A DNA stretch of 64,000 nucleotides, taken from IMG/VR virus record IMGVR_UViG_3300046167_000801, one strand, 5' to 3'. This document shows positions 40,401-50,705 of the stretch, one piece after another. Each line of letters starts with the position of its first letter. Within the stretch, counting starts at the first letter, position 1. The notes under the pieces are model-generated. The model searched no databases. It was not told the DNA's origin and was given only the letters and a program-made list of their open reading frames with translations. The position numbers and the translations under genes are program-made. This DNA comes from a virus (Duplodnaviria; Caudoviricetes).

Positions 40401-41157
40401 TACAGCGACATCTGACCCAACTATTCAGGTTCTCAGAGCAATAAGCGCTATTCATCAAGTAACAGGAAATAACACATATTTAACAGGTTCCGATTTTTAT
40501 GGATTATCAGCACAAGAGTTCTATTGTGAAATGCAATCTTATGAACAACCCGGAACGTGGGCAAGTTTCTATTCAGGAGATGGTACGTGGGAACTTAATA
40601 CCCAACTTTATAATTACCAAAATGGTGGAATGGGTTCCGCATCGACATTTACAGGTACCTACATGTTTAGAACAAACTATAATAATGGAGCATTAGAATA
40701 TTGGGTTGTAACAGTAACTAATGGAGTAGTAAGTTTTATACAACAAGTTTACTACGACGGTAGTGGAGATTTAATTTCAACAGGTATTGGTCAACTTACG
40801 GCTTGTCCAACTCCGACACCTACACCTACACCATCAGCAACTGAGACTATTGACCCAACCCCAACTCCGACAATACCTCCAAGTCAAACACCTCAACCTA
40901 CGCCTACGAGTACACCATCACCAACAACAACTGTGAATCCGACAAGTACACCCGTACCTAGTCCAACACCAACGGTAGAACCAACAAGTACACCCGTACC
41001 TAGTCCAACACCAACGGAACAACCTGAGGCCACACCAACCCCAACCCCTAATCAAGAACCCACACCAACACCACAGACACCAACAGCAACTCCTGTTGGT
41101 CCAACGCCGACACCTACGGTTGATGCCGCTAATACGATATTTGTTCATTACCCATAA
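37488..41157 (+). CDS. Multi-domain Pro/Thr-rich fibre protein, broken by a +1 shift at 39900 (about 1222 aa when joined)
   Basis: Coiled-coil N-terminus ([12 protein letters not shown] twice), PT linkers and a Calx-beta/Ig-like domain. Frame 0 goes out of pattern after GAA CCC. The +1 frame from 39901 resumes PTPTPAPS and is open into the 40078-41157 ORF. Confidence 0.75.
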
Positions 41158-41170
41158 AACTTAATAGATC

Positions 41171-42967
41171 ATGACAAACGATAAAATAATAGAAATAACA
41201 TCACAATTAAATCGAACAACTACTGAAGATATTGTTTCGGTTTCATATGGTACAAAAACCGTAAATGGTAAATTAACAAGTGAAAAATCTATAGTCTTTA
41301 CTGTTAAAGAAAAAAAACCTTTAGAGAATATTGATGAATCAGATAGATTACCGTCAACAGTAGAGATCGATGGCGAGACGATTAAAACCGACGTTATTGA
41401 AGGTGTAGTAATGACTCAACAGGGATTTGCTCAAACATGTGATCCACAATTCTATTCGTGGCAAGGAATACCACCTGCCAACAGAAATATACATAGACCA
41501 TTAATGGGTGGAATCTCAATGACTAATTGGGATTCGTTAGGTGGTTTTGTAGGAACGATGGGTTTTATTGCGGTGGATAACGAAGATAACACTTTAGTTG
41601 CGGTTTCGAATAACCACGTTTTAGTTAATGACGCGTTTTTAACGAGTGAAAGAAACCCTAATGGTGTAAGAACTAACGTATTCCAAAATATATGTACACA
41701 ACCTAATGATGGGGCAAACACGGGTCCAAATTTTAAGGTGGGTATGGTAAAAAAATATGAACCTATTAGTTCTAATAATAAATCTGATTGTGCTTTGATG
41801 GCCATAGATGATATTAGTTTAATTGACCCTTCGGTTTCATGGAACCAATTCGGTATTACGGGTATGACCCAAGCACCAAGATTTGCAACTACTCAGGAAA
41901 TAAATGTTATGTTGGAAGATCCAACTCAAGAATATTATATATCTAGTAGAACAACAGGTGCTAAGGGACAACAAGACACTAAACTTTTAAACTATGCTTT
42001 GGGTAGTTCTGTATTAATAGGATATAAAAAACAAGGTGTATTAACTAACGTGTATATGGATGATACATTTGAATTAGTTGCAAGTGGTTCTACCACCCCT
42101 GCGGGTGATTTATGTATTTGGCCATCGGCGGGTGGGGATTCGGGATCCGCAGTTTTAGCAACAATAAATGAAGAATTTGTTATTGTTGGTCTTTTATATG
42201 GGGGAAGATATATGCAACAAGATGAAACTCAAGTGGGTATACATACCCTATGTAACAGAATCGATAATATTGCAAATGATCTTAATATACGTGCATGGGA
42301 TGGTACTTTTAATGGAGTTACCGTAAATAATGTAGGAGGTCCATTAACATATGTTGTTAGTGGTACTAGTAATAAGAAAAGAATTAAAGTTGGTGCTCTT
42401 ACGTTTTGGCAACACGGGTTAATTAGTGATTCTGTAATGCAACCTGATCCAACACCACAGCCAACACCAACAGTAGTCCCTACACAGGTACCAACCTCCA
42501 CACCACAACCAACACCAACAGCGACAGTGGCACCTACACCAACACCAACACAGGTTCCTAACCCAACAGCAACGGTAGCACCAACACCGACACCACAAAC
42601 TTTACCATTCTCTCTTTCTCTTAATAGGGAAAATGTATGTACCGTAGCTCAAGTAATATTAGAAATAAATAATGTACAGCAAGGTGCGGTTATTAATATT
42701 ATTGAGGGTGGTATTCTTACGGCCACACCAAGAAGTGCAACAGTTACTGTAGGTGACGTAATAAGAGTTAGATATAAGTCAGCTAACAACACTAATTCGT
42801 GTAGTGAGTATGATACAACAAGTGTTTCTCTAACTGATACATCCACAGGAAATGTATTGTCCGCGGCATCACAGAATACATCATTATATACCGATTATGT
42901 TCATACAGTTCAAGTTTCCGATACAAATATTGGTTGGACATTTGAACTTTCCAACAATCTCGTGTAA
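41171..42967 (+). CDS. Trypsin-like (S1) serine protease with prodomain, PT stalk and C-terminal beta-sandwich
   Basis: Triad SNNH149VL, KSD206CAL and GGDS324GSAV; no signal peptide evident. Confidence 0.8.
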   Translation: MTNDKIIEITSQLNRTTTEDIVSVSYGTKTVNGKLTSEKSIVFTVKEKKPLENIDESDRLPSTVEIDGETIKTDVIEGVVMTQQGFAQTCDPQFYSWQGIPPANRNIHRPLMGGISMTNWDSLGGFVGTMGFIAVDNEDNTLVAVSNNHVLVNDAFLTSERNPNGVRTNVFQNICTQPNDGANTGPNFKVGMVKKYEPISSNNKSDCALMAIDDISLIDPSVSWNQFGITGMTQAPRFATTQEINVMLEDPTQEYYISSRTTGAKGQQDTKLLNYALGSSVLIGYKKQGVLTNVYMDDTFELVASGSTTPAGDLCIWPSAGGDSGSAVLATINEEFVIVGLLYGGRYMQQDETQVGIHTLCNRIDNIANDLNIRAWDGTFNGVTVNNVGGPLTYVVSGTSNKKRIKVGALTFWQHGLISDSVMQPDPTPQPTPTVVPTQVPTSTPQPTPTATVAPTPTPTQVPNPTATVAPTPTPQTLPFSLSLNRENVCTVAQVILEINNVQQGAVINIIEGGILTATPRSATVTVGDVIRVRYKSANNTNSCSEYDTTSVSLTDTSTGNVLSAASQNTSLYTDYVHTVQVSDTNIGWTFELSNNLV

Positions 42968-42996
42968 ATAAAAAAATAGATTGAATATTTATTAGT

Positions 42997-43365
42997 ATGG
43001 AATTTTTTATACGAAAAGGGGCTACAGACCCATTATTAAAATTAAGGTTGGTTGACGACGGTAAAAACGATAAGTCTTCTTTAAACGACTTATTAGAAAA
43101 TGCCGACATTAGGTTTGATATGATTGATATCGAAACAGAGGTTCCTGAAATTTTAGGTGGTGAATGTTTATTGACAACAAGAACCAAAAAGTATGACCAA
43201 ACTACAGAAGAATATTACATTACATATAGGTTCACATCAGAACAAACAAAAGAATCGGGTAAATTCGAGGGAATAGTTAACATACAATTTAGAGACACAG
43301 ATTTACTACCCACAAATAAACTCATCGTTCCAATTAAGGAAAAACTCTACATTAACATCATTTAG
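42997..43365 (+). CDS. BppU-N-like beta-sandwich adaptor protein
   Basis: FFIRKGATDPLLKLRL...ITYRFTSEQTKESGKFEG...F...LIVP pattern; late motif 3 nt upstream. Confidence 0.55.
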   Translation: MEFFIRKGATDPLLKLRLVDDGKNDKSSLNDLLENADIRFDMIDIETEVPEILGGECLLTTRTKKYDQTTEEYYITYRFTSEQTKESGKFEGIVNIQFRDTDLLPTNKLIVPIKEKLYINII

Positions 43366-43405
43366 AAAGTGCGCAAACATTAATGGAGAATATATGATAT
43401 CCGTA

Positions 43406-43436
43406 TTGATATTATAACTTATTTTTCATATCTTTG
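43406..43436 (+). promoter_or_regulatory. Bacteroidota housekeeping-type promoter of the DNA polymerase gene
   Basis: TTG (43406-43408), 20-nt spacer, then TATCTTTG (43429-43436) matching TAnnTTTG. Confidence 0.65.
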
Positions 43437-43497
43437 TATTAATTAAGGCAAACTATCCAACTAAGGGTAAGCTAATGTGTCATCCAATTTTAATACA

Positions 43498-46390
43498 ATG
43501 AACGAAATTATTTCCCAAGAGGTAATAGAAGAATTCCTCAACGGTTCGGACCCTGAAGAGTACATAACAGGATTAGAATATGAGTACCGAACAAACACAA
43601 TCTACAAAATTATTCAACACCCCGAAAAGGGTAAAATTATTAGAAAGGATAAGTTAACCGCATTCTTGTGGGTTGATGATCTTACTGGTTTAAATTTCTA
43701 TGGTGATAGTAAGGCCAAACAACGTCAGAAAATGTCGGAGTATGGAATCACTATTGAAAAGTTAGATACAGCCGATAATGAACGTTTAGAGAATGGTTAT
43801 AATTTCTTAGTTAAAAGTAGTCAAGGTTATCGTTCACTTCTTAGTTTTTTTAGACAAGGGGGTTTAAATCCGTGGGACGAAGAAATAAGAAAACATTTTA
43901 TACTACTTAACCCTAAAGAACAATATCTCATACAAAAAGAAAAAAGATTATTTAAGGGTATTGAAGAATATGAAGATGTACATAGATTAGTTTTTGATAT
44001 TGAAACAACAGGTCTTGAACCCGAAACAGATAAAATAATTCTAATTGGTTTAAAAGACAATAAAGGTTTTGTAAAGATTATTAATGCATTCGGTGAAGAT
44101 GGTGAAAAGAATTGTATAATCGAATTTTTCAAATGTGTTGAAGAACTTAAACCTACAATCTTCTCTGGTTATAACTCCGCATTTTTCGATTTTCCGTTTA
44201 TTATTAAAAGGGCCGAAATATTAGGAATAGATGTAGAAGAACATACTAAGGTTTTTATAGACCAAGGTATGAAAGAGAGGGAAGGTATGTTGAAACTTGC
44301 AAATGAAGTTGAGACCTACACCCAACATATGATTTGGGGAATGAATATTCTTGATATCGCCCATTCAGTTAGGAGAGCCCAAGCAATTAATTCTGACATT
44401 AAGTCTTGGGGGTTGAAATATATTACAAAGTATTTGGGAGCCGAGAAAGACAATCGTGTTTATGTTGATGGTGCGTGGATTTCTAAAATATACTTGGATA
44501 ATGAAAGTTATTATGTAAACCCAAAAACAGGTAACTATAAGAAAATAGGGTGATCCCGGTACTGAGGGATTATTAGAAAAGTATCCGAATCAATTTGAGG
44601 TATGGACAGGTAGAAAAATTGTTGAACAATATCTTGATGACGATTTATATGAAACTATGGTTGTTGATGATTCATTTAGTCAGTCAACATTCTTACTTTC
44701 TAAAGTTGTACCTACAACCTATGAACGTATATCTACTATGGGTACCGCAACATTATGGAAACTAATAATGTTAGCTTGGTCATATAAACACAATTTGGCC
44801 GTACCTGAAAAACAAGATAGGAGAGCGTTTACGGGTGGACTATCAAGATTACTCGCGGTGGGATACGCAGAAAAGGTGGTTAAGTTTGATTACTCCTCAC
44901 TATACCCTTCTATTCAATTAGTATATGATGTGTTTCCTAAATGTGATGTTATGGGAGTACAAAAATCCATGTTAAAATATTTTAGAGACGTACGTATTAA
45001 ATACAAAAAATTAGCGTCCGAACATTACAAAACAGATCCCGAACTATCGGAAAAATATAACAGGAAACAATTACCAATTAAGATATTCATTAATGCATAC
45101 TTTGGGTCTCTATCCGCACCTCACGTATTTCATTGGGGTGATATGGATACAGGAGAAACAATCACGTGTGTTGGTAGACAATGTTTACGTATGATGATAA
45201 TGTTCTTTGAAAAGAAAGGATATAAGTCACTTGTAATGGATACGGATGGTGTCAACTTCTCGTGTCCTGATGATGTTGATGACAGAGTTTATGTATCTAA
45301 GGGTCTTAATGAGTTAGTAGAGGGTGGTAAAACTTACAGAGGTGCTGAGGCAGACACTGCGGAATTTAATGATATTTTTATGAGGAATGAAATGGGATTA
45401 GACATTGATTATGTCGCACCTTCCACAGTTAATGTTGCTCGTAAAAACTATGTACTAAAAAAACCGAGTGGGGGTCTTAAATTAACGGGTAACACAATTA
45501 AGTCTAAGAACCTTCATGGTTACATTGTGGACTTCTTAGATGAAAGTTTGAAGTTAATGTTGGATGGTAAGGGACAAGAGTTTTTGGACGTATACTATAA
45601 ATATATTAGTAAGATCTATAATAAAGAAATTCCATTATCTAAGATCGCAAATAAATCGAGAGTAAAATTATCCGTAGATAACTACTTAAAGTCCATGAAA
45701 ACCAAAACTAAAAGTGGGGCATCTAAGGCAAGACAAGCACACATGGAATTGGTTATGAAGAACAATTATCCTGCAGGTCTTGGGGAAACAATATATTACG
45801 TTAATAATGGTGAACGTAAGGGTGATGGTGATGTTCAAAAAATTACTAAACCCACTAAGAAATTTCAAAAGGAATTCCTTGAAGAACATGGGTACCCTGT
45901 TCCCGAAAATTATATAAAAATTAACTCTTTCATGATTACTGAAAAGGAGTTAAAAGAAAATCCCGACATGAAGGGTGATTATAATGTTGCTCGTTATATT
46001 AATACATTTAACAAAAGAATAGAACCATTGTTAGTTGTATTTCATCCTGACATTCGTAATGATATTATTATTGATAACCCCGATGATAGACCTTTCTTTA
46101 CAATAAACCAATGTAAGTTGGTCAATGGGTTTCCGATGAAAGAAGGTAGTCAAGATAGTTTTGAAGAGGTTATGACATTATCCGATAGTGAAGTAATGTT
46201 TTGGAAGAAGGTTGGTAGGGATCCTTATTTTATGTATTTAGAAGATAGTCTTGAACACGTAGACCAATATTGGGTACAAAAGAATAGAGATGCTGTTAAT
46301 TTTAAAGTTCCAAGTAGTCCCTCCCAAGAAGGTGATTTAATTGAAAGAAATGGTCACGATTATGCGACACACACTGATGTAGATGTTTAA
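43498..46390 (+). CDS. polB: Family B DNA polymerase, broken by a +1 shift at 44548-44551 (about 963 aa when joined)
   Basis: ExoI FDIETTG, ExoII YNSAFFD, ExoIII YLDDD (in the unannotated gap, +1 frame), motif A DYSSLYPS, motif B KIFINAYFG and motif C DTDG. Confidence 0.9.
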
Positions 46391-47505
46391 ATCATATTAA
46401 AAGGAGATGGCATCGCTCTGTATTTTAACGATTTGTTGAGACTTTCGGCCTCATTTCCTTTTCTTTCCAACATTTTGTCAGGTCTTAACCTTTCCAATCT
46501 TTGTGATAACTCTTCGATAAGTTTTAGTTTCTCATCTTTACCTTCGGTTAATAGGGATTGGTAATCTAATTTAACTTGACTGTCAGGTACTTGTAGGTCA
46601 CCTGAAAATTTAGAATATACTCTTCCTAACCCTTCTTTAGAGTATGCAATAAGACATTTCCTAACCCATGTTTGTGCAGGTCTATTAAGTTCTTCCCACA
46701 CTAATTCTTCGGTCTCTATATCGGAAGGTAATTTTACAACATCTTTATTTTTATCTAAACAATCATCCCTGTCTGTAGTATCATAATACCAATACCAAAC
46801 ATAGTAGTTATGTTGTTGTATGGAACCAAAATCAAACCTACCACCAGGTACGTTAGCCAAGTGAATATATTTTTTACCTTCGGGTCCTGCAGTTATACGA
46901 TAAGTCATTTCACCACCAATTAGTCGGTTTTTAATGTTCCTATCTTGCATACGTGATAATAAATCATAAGCGGGTAACATAAAGTAAGAACCTGAAGTTC
47001 CCATTTGTGCAAAACCACCTACACCACCTGAACCTACACCACCAAGACCACCGAATCCACCTAAAAATGGATCCACAATAGAGTCAGTCAATTCTGCACG
47101 TGTAAACCATAACAGTTCGTTTATTTCACGACCCGCAGGAATTTCGTACACTTGTTGATTTCGAACAAGTTCTATTTTGTCTTTTAGTAATTCAGAATCA
47201 CCACCCGCCTGTAAACCGACAATTTTTGAATATGCGTGTGAGTATTGTGTTTCATAGTCTAATGATCTCGTAGTAAACGCTCTCGTCAAAGATTGCGTAT
47301 CCACATTTAACCCAGCTAAAGATGACCACTGAGATTCAATTAACCAATCACTTACATACTGTTCATATTCATCTAAGGATAATTCTAAGAAAGTATCCAT
47401 TTGTTCTTCGGTCAATTCTATAGACCTAATAGGTGCCCCTAAAAGGTTAAAAACTTGAGTATAAAGTTTGTCTCGATTTGCCGGTGTGATAATAGTGCTT
47501 GCCAT
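46387..47505 (-). CDS. Neck protein (T4 gp13-like)
   Basis: LLGAPIRSIELTEEQMD N-terminus and GRVYSKF...VKLDYQSLLTEGKDEKLKLIEEL C-terminus. Confidence 0.75.
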   Translation of the reverse strand: MASTIITPANRDKLYTQVFNLLGAPIRSIELTEEQMDTFLELSLDEYEQYVSDWLIESQWSSLAGLNVDTQSLTRAFTTRSLDYETQYSHAYSKIVGLQAGGDSELLKDKIELVRNQQVYEIPAGREINELLWFTRAELTDSIVDPFLGGFGGLGGVGSGGVGGFAQMGTSGSYFMLPAYDLLSRMQDRNIKNRLIGGEMTYRITAGPEGKKYIHLANVPGGRFDFGSIQQHNYYVWYWYYDTTDRDDCLDKNKDVVKLPSDIETEELVWEELNRPAQTWVRKCLIAYSKEGLGRVYSKFSGDLQVPDSQVKLDYQSLLTEGKDEKLKLIEELSQRLERLRPDKMLERKGNEAESLNKSLKYRAMPSPFNMI

Positions 47506-47558
47506 ACTTGATTTATTAATATAAATAGTTTATATTTAGGAAAAACAGAACAACAATT

Positions 47559-48395
47559 TTGGATTTAAATAAAATAAGACTCAAACATCGTAAAACACTT
47601 AACATATGGAGGTATATTTCTCAAACTTCCAAATTCAATAGAAAGTTTAGTAAAGAAATAACAAGAATTGTTAGAGAAACCCATTCAGGGGATGAGTTAA
47701 GATGGAGATCACCTATGGGTTCTGTTGGTGATGGTTACTACAATTACGATGAAGATACTAAATCATATAGTTTTAGAAGTGGGATTAATTTTATTAATAC
47801 GGGTTATTCTTATCAGGAGTATATTGAAAGGGTTTTAAATGAAAAATATGGTATTAAATTACCCTATGAAACTGATAATGAGGGTAAATATATTGATGAG
47901 ACTGTAGAAGAAACTTTGAAGGAGTTTTGTTATTACTTAGAACTTTATAAAGAGGATTTTCTTTTTGATGGTGATATAAAGAATCACATAGACCTTATAA
48001 GATATAGATTAAAAGTAATATCTGATCGTTCGGAAAAATTAATAGAAAATAATTTTAAGAACATATGGACCAATTCAATTAGTTACCTTTCGTCTACAGG
48101 AAATGGTGGTAATATAAAAGATTTTAAAGGTATTGATGCTGAGGTAATATTTGATCACGGGGTTGAAACTGTACAGTGTAAGGAAGTAAGTTTTATTGAG
48201 GAAAATGATAATACAATCAATATAACACTAACAATGGACAGTAAAAAATATTCAAATATCAATTACTACGCATTTACACAAGACAAGAATTATATTGTTT
48301 TTAAAAACGACTCAGAGGGTATAGAAATTTTAAGTTCTATGGAGGGTAATGTTTATTCTTTTAATAAGAACTTAATTATATGTTCTACGTTTTAA
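47559..48395 (+). CDS. Hypothetical protein with a possible PD-(D/E)xK-type (QxK) nuclease motif
   Basis: DFKGIDAEV...TVQCK near the C-terminal third; TTG start uncertain. Confidence 0.45.
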   Translation: MDLNKIRLKHRKTLNIWRYISQTSKFNRKFSKEITRIVRETHSGDELRWRSPMGSVGDGYYNYDEDTKSYSFRSGINFINTGYSYQEYIERVLNEKYGIKLPYETDNEGKYIDETVEETLKEFCYYLELYKEDFLFDGDIKNHIDLIRYRLKVISDRSEKLIENNFKNIWTNSISYLSSTGNGGNIKDFKGIDAEVIFDHGVETVQCKEVSFIEENDNTINITLTMDSKKYSNINYYAFTQDKNYIVFKNDSEGIEILSSMEGNVYSFNKNLIICSTF

Positions 48396-50139
48396 TATTT
48401 TTAACTAACTCACTACCAAAACTTTCAGAGTATTCACCATCACCCATTACCTGATCTATTATATCTTTCTTTTTCTGTAATATATTATAGATGGTCATTT
48501 CAATAGTATTTTCGAAAACGGGATAGTAGACAAGTACACTGTTCTTCTGTCCATACCTATACGCTCTGTCTTCTGCTTGTGAGTGGTCAGCAGGAACAAA
48601 CGATAAATCATTAAAGATAACCGTATCTGCGGCTGTTAAAGTTATACCAACTCCTGCCGCTTTTATATTACCAATGAATATCTTTACTTTATCTTCATTT
48701 TGAAATCTATCGACGGATTGTTGTCTCCTATCCTTTGACATCCTACCGTCTAACACCACCGCTTTCTTTCCATATTTCTCATAAATCATATCTAAAGACA
48801 TGGTAAAATTGGTAAAAACTATTACTTTTCTGCCCTGTTCTAAAACCTTGTCGATTAATTCACAAGTATGGTCTACTTTCTCTATTGCGATAAGTTGTCT
48901 TAATTTCATTAATCTATTAAGAGTAACCGTGAGACTCTCTTTCTTCCTATTTTCCTTACTTATCCTTAAGAACTCACTTAATTCATCATCATAAAATGAG
49001 TTTTTTAGTTCTAACCATATTGGGGAAATTATTTTTTCGGGTAGATCTAAAATATCAGTCTTCATTCTCCTTAAAACAACCGCCTTAGTTTGTTCTCTTA
49101 ATTCATCTAAATTACTTGCACCACTTGTATTCCATATTTTCCTACCACCAACTCTAAATTGGTAACCCTTACAATATCTTAAAACATAACTCTTCCAATT
49201 AAGTGTTAGAGGTGAGTTTACAATTTTTAATAAGTTGAAATAGTTGATTGGTCTTGAGGTCATGGGTGTGCCCGTGAGTAACCAAACCTTAGGTATTTTT
49301 GCAAGTATGTCATTTAACAGTTTTGTTCTCTGTGCCTGACTATTTGAGATGTAGTGTGCTTCGTCAACTATTGCTAAATCAAACCCTTCATTTAAAATTA
49401 TTTTATATGCGTCACTATCCTCGGTATTCTCTGTTGTGTGAAAGTTTTTAAGTATATCATAGTTTATGATGTAATATTTAAAAGTGGACCCCCACTTCTT
49501 ACCTTCAACAATTAATACATTTTCATCCGAATAGAGTTCTATTTCTCTCTTCCAATTGATTTTAAGGGATGCTGGACAAACTATTAATACCTTTTTAACA
49601 TCACTCTCCAAAGATGCAATAACTGTACTTGTAGTCTTCCCTAACCCCATATCGTCGGCAAGAATAAATTTATTGTTGGCCAATAATTTTTCTATTGCTA
49701 TTTTTTGGTGTTCCATTGGAGGTCTGTGAGAATATGGACTATAATCTACTTCACGGTCTAAGGTCTTCTCTTCTTGAATAACAGACGCTTTCGGTATCCA
49801 CATAGATATGGGTTTCATATCATTAGTTAAGTTCCCCCATATATTATATGCCTTATCACTCTCACATAGTAATTTCTCCACCCAAACTTGTTCGACGGGT
49901 TTCATAAGTAGTCTGTCTTCTTGTAGTTTAGTACCAAAGGACTTTGCAATTGATAGATACTTTCGAGCAACTTTAGGTACTACCTCATGATATTTTATGA
50001 CGTAGTCTGACTGTGGACGAGTTAAACTATAATTTTTCGATCTTTCGAATTTATGTTTTAGGTCCAATATATGGTTATTATAACCTGTATATCCTGTTAC
50101 AATCTCCCTTGCTTGTATTTCGGGTAATAACTTTCCCAT
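48385..50139 (-). CDS. SNF2/SWI2-family (HARP-like) helicase
   Basis: ADDMGLGKT, IVDEAH, LTGTP, GVGITLT and QAEDRAYRYGQ motifs. Confidence 0.93.
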   Translation of the reverse strand: MGKLLPEIQAREIVTGYTGYNNHILDLKHKFERSKNYSLTRPQSDYVIKYHEVVPKVARKYLSIAKSFGTKLQEDRLLMKPVEQVWVEKLLCESDKAYNIWGNLTNDMKPISMWIPKASVIQEEKTLDREVDYSPYSHRPPMEHQKIAIEKLLANNKFILADDMGLGKTTSTVIASLESDVKKVLIVCPASLKINWKREIELYSDENVLIVEGKKWGSTFKYYIINYDILKNFHTTENTEDSDAYKIILNEGFDLAIVDEAHYISNSQAQRTKLLNDILAKIPKVWLLTGTPMTSRPINYFNLLKIVNSPLTLNWKSYVLRYCKGYQFRVGGRKIWNTSGASNLDELREQTKAVVLRRMKTDILDLPEKIISPIWLELKNSFYDDELSEFLRISKENRKKESLTVTLNRLMKLRQLIAIEKVDHTCELIDKVLEQGRKVIVFTNFTMSLDMIYEKYGKKAVVLDGRMSKDRRQQSVDRFQNEDKVKIFIGNIKAAGVGITLTAADTVIFNDLSFVPADHSQAEDRAYRYGQKNSVLVYYPVFENTIEMTIYNILQKKKDIIDQVMGDGEYSESFGSELVKNIKT

Positions 50140-50190
50140 GTATAAACTAAATATAAGGAATTCAAATCAGTTTTTAAACTATTTATCTAT

Positions 50191-50703
50191 ATGAGTAAAA
50201 AATTACCAATTAAAAGAATGAGTAAATTCTTCTCTGAGGAAGACTTTGACTTTAATGTTCAAATAGGTCAGGAATATCTTCATGGGGATTTAAATATGAA
50301 ATTGGTACTCTACCGTGTTGATACTGAGAGTACAGATACTGATGCTGTATATGCTGAAGTCGGGAAAGATCAAATAAAGTTTTTCCCACCTATCGAGTTC
50401 AACGCATTAGTTAAAATAGAACCACCTAAAAATGAATCTTACAAACCCGGTTTAGTCCGTTATATAGAGCCTGGTAATATGACCGTATCTGTTTACATAA
50501 GTCATTTACAAGATTTAGGGGTTGACATAAAATACGGAGATTTTATTGCATATCCTGAAACAGAAGATAAAGTTAGATATTATACAGTTTCAAATGACGG
50601 TAAAGTAACATCTGACAATAGACATAATATGTTTGGGTTTAAACCACATTACAGAACAATAACATGTGTACCAGCACAAGAATCGGAATTTAGAGGAATT
50701 TAA
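50191..50703 (+). CDS. Head-tail connector/neck protein (gp14-like)
   Basis: Position and beta-rich content; late motif 3 nt upstream. Confidence 0.55.
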   Translation: MSKKLPIKRMSKFFSEEDFDFNVQIGQEYLHGDLNMKLVLYRVDTESTDTDAVYAEVGKDQIKFFPPIEFNALVKIEPPKNESYKPGLVRYIEPGNMTVSVYISHLQDLGVDIKYGDFIAYPETEDKVRYYTVSNDGKVTSDNRHNMFGFKPHYRTITCVPAQESEFRGI

Positions 50704-50705
50704 TA

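Noticed and set aside
44553-44657. Intron or intein in the DNA polymerase gene
   Set aside because: The gap is fully coding in the +1 frame and contains the ExoIII motif; there is no inserted sequence.
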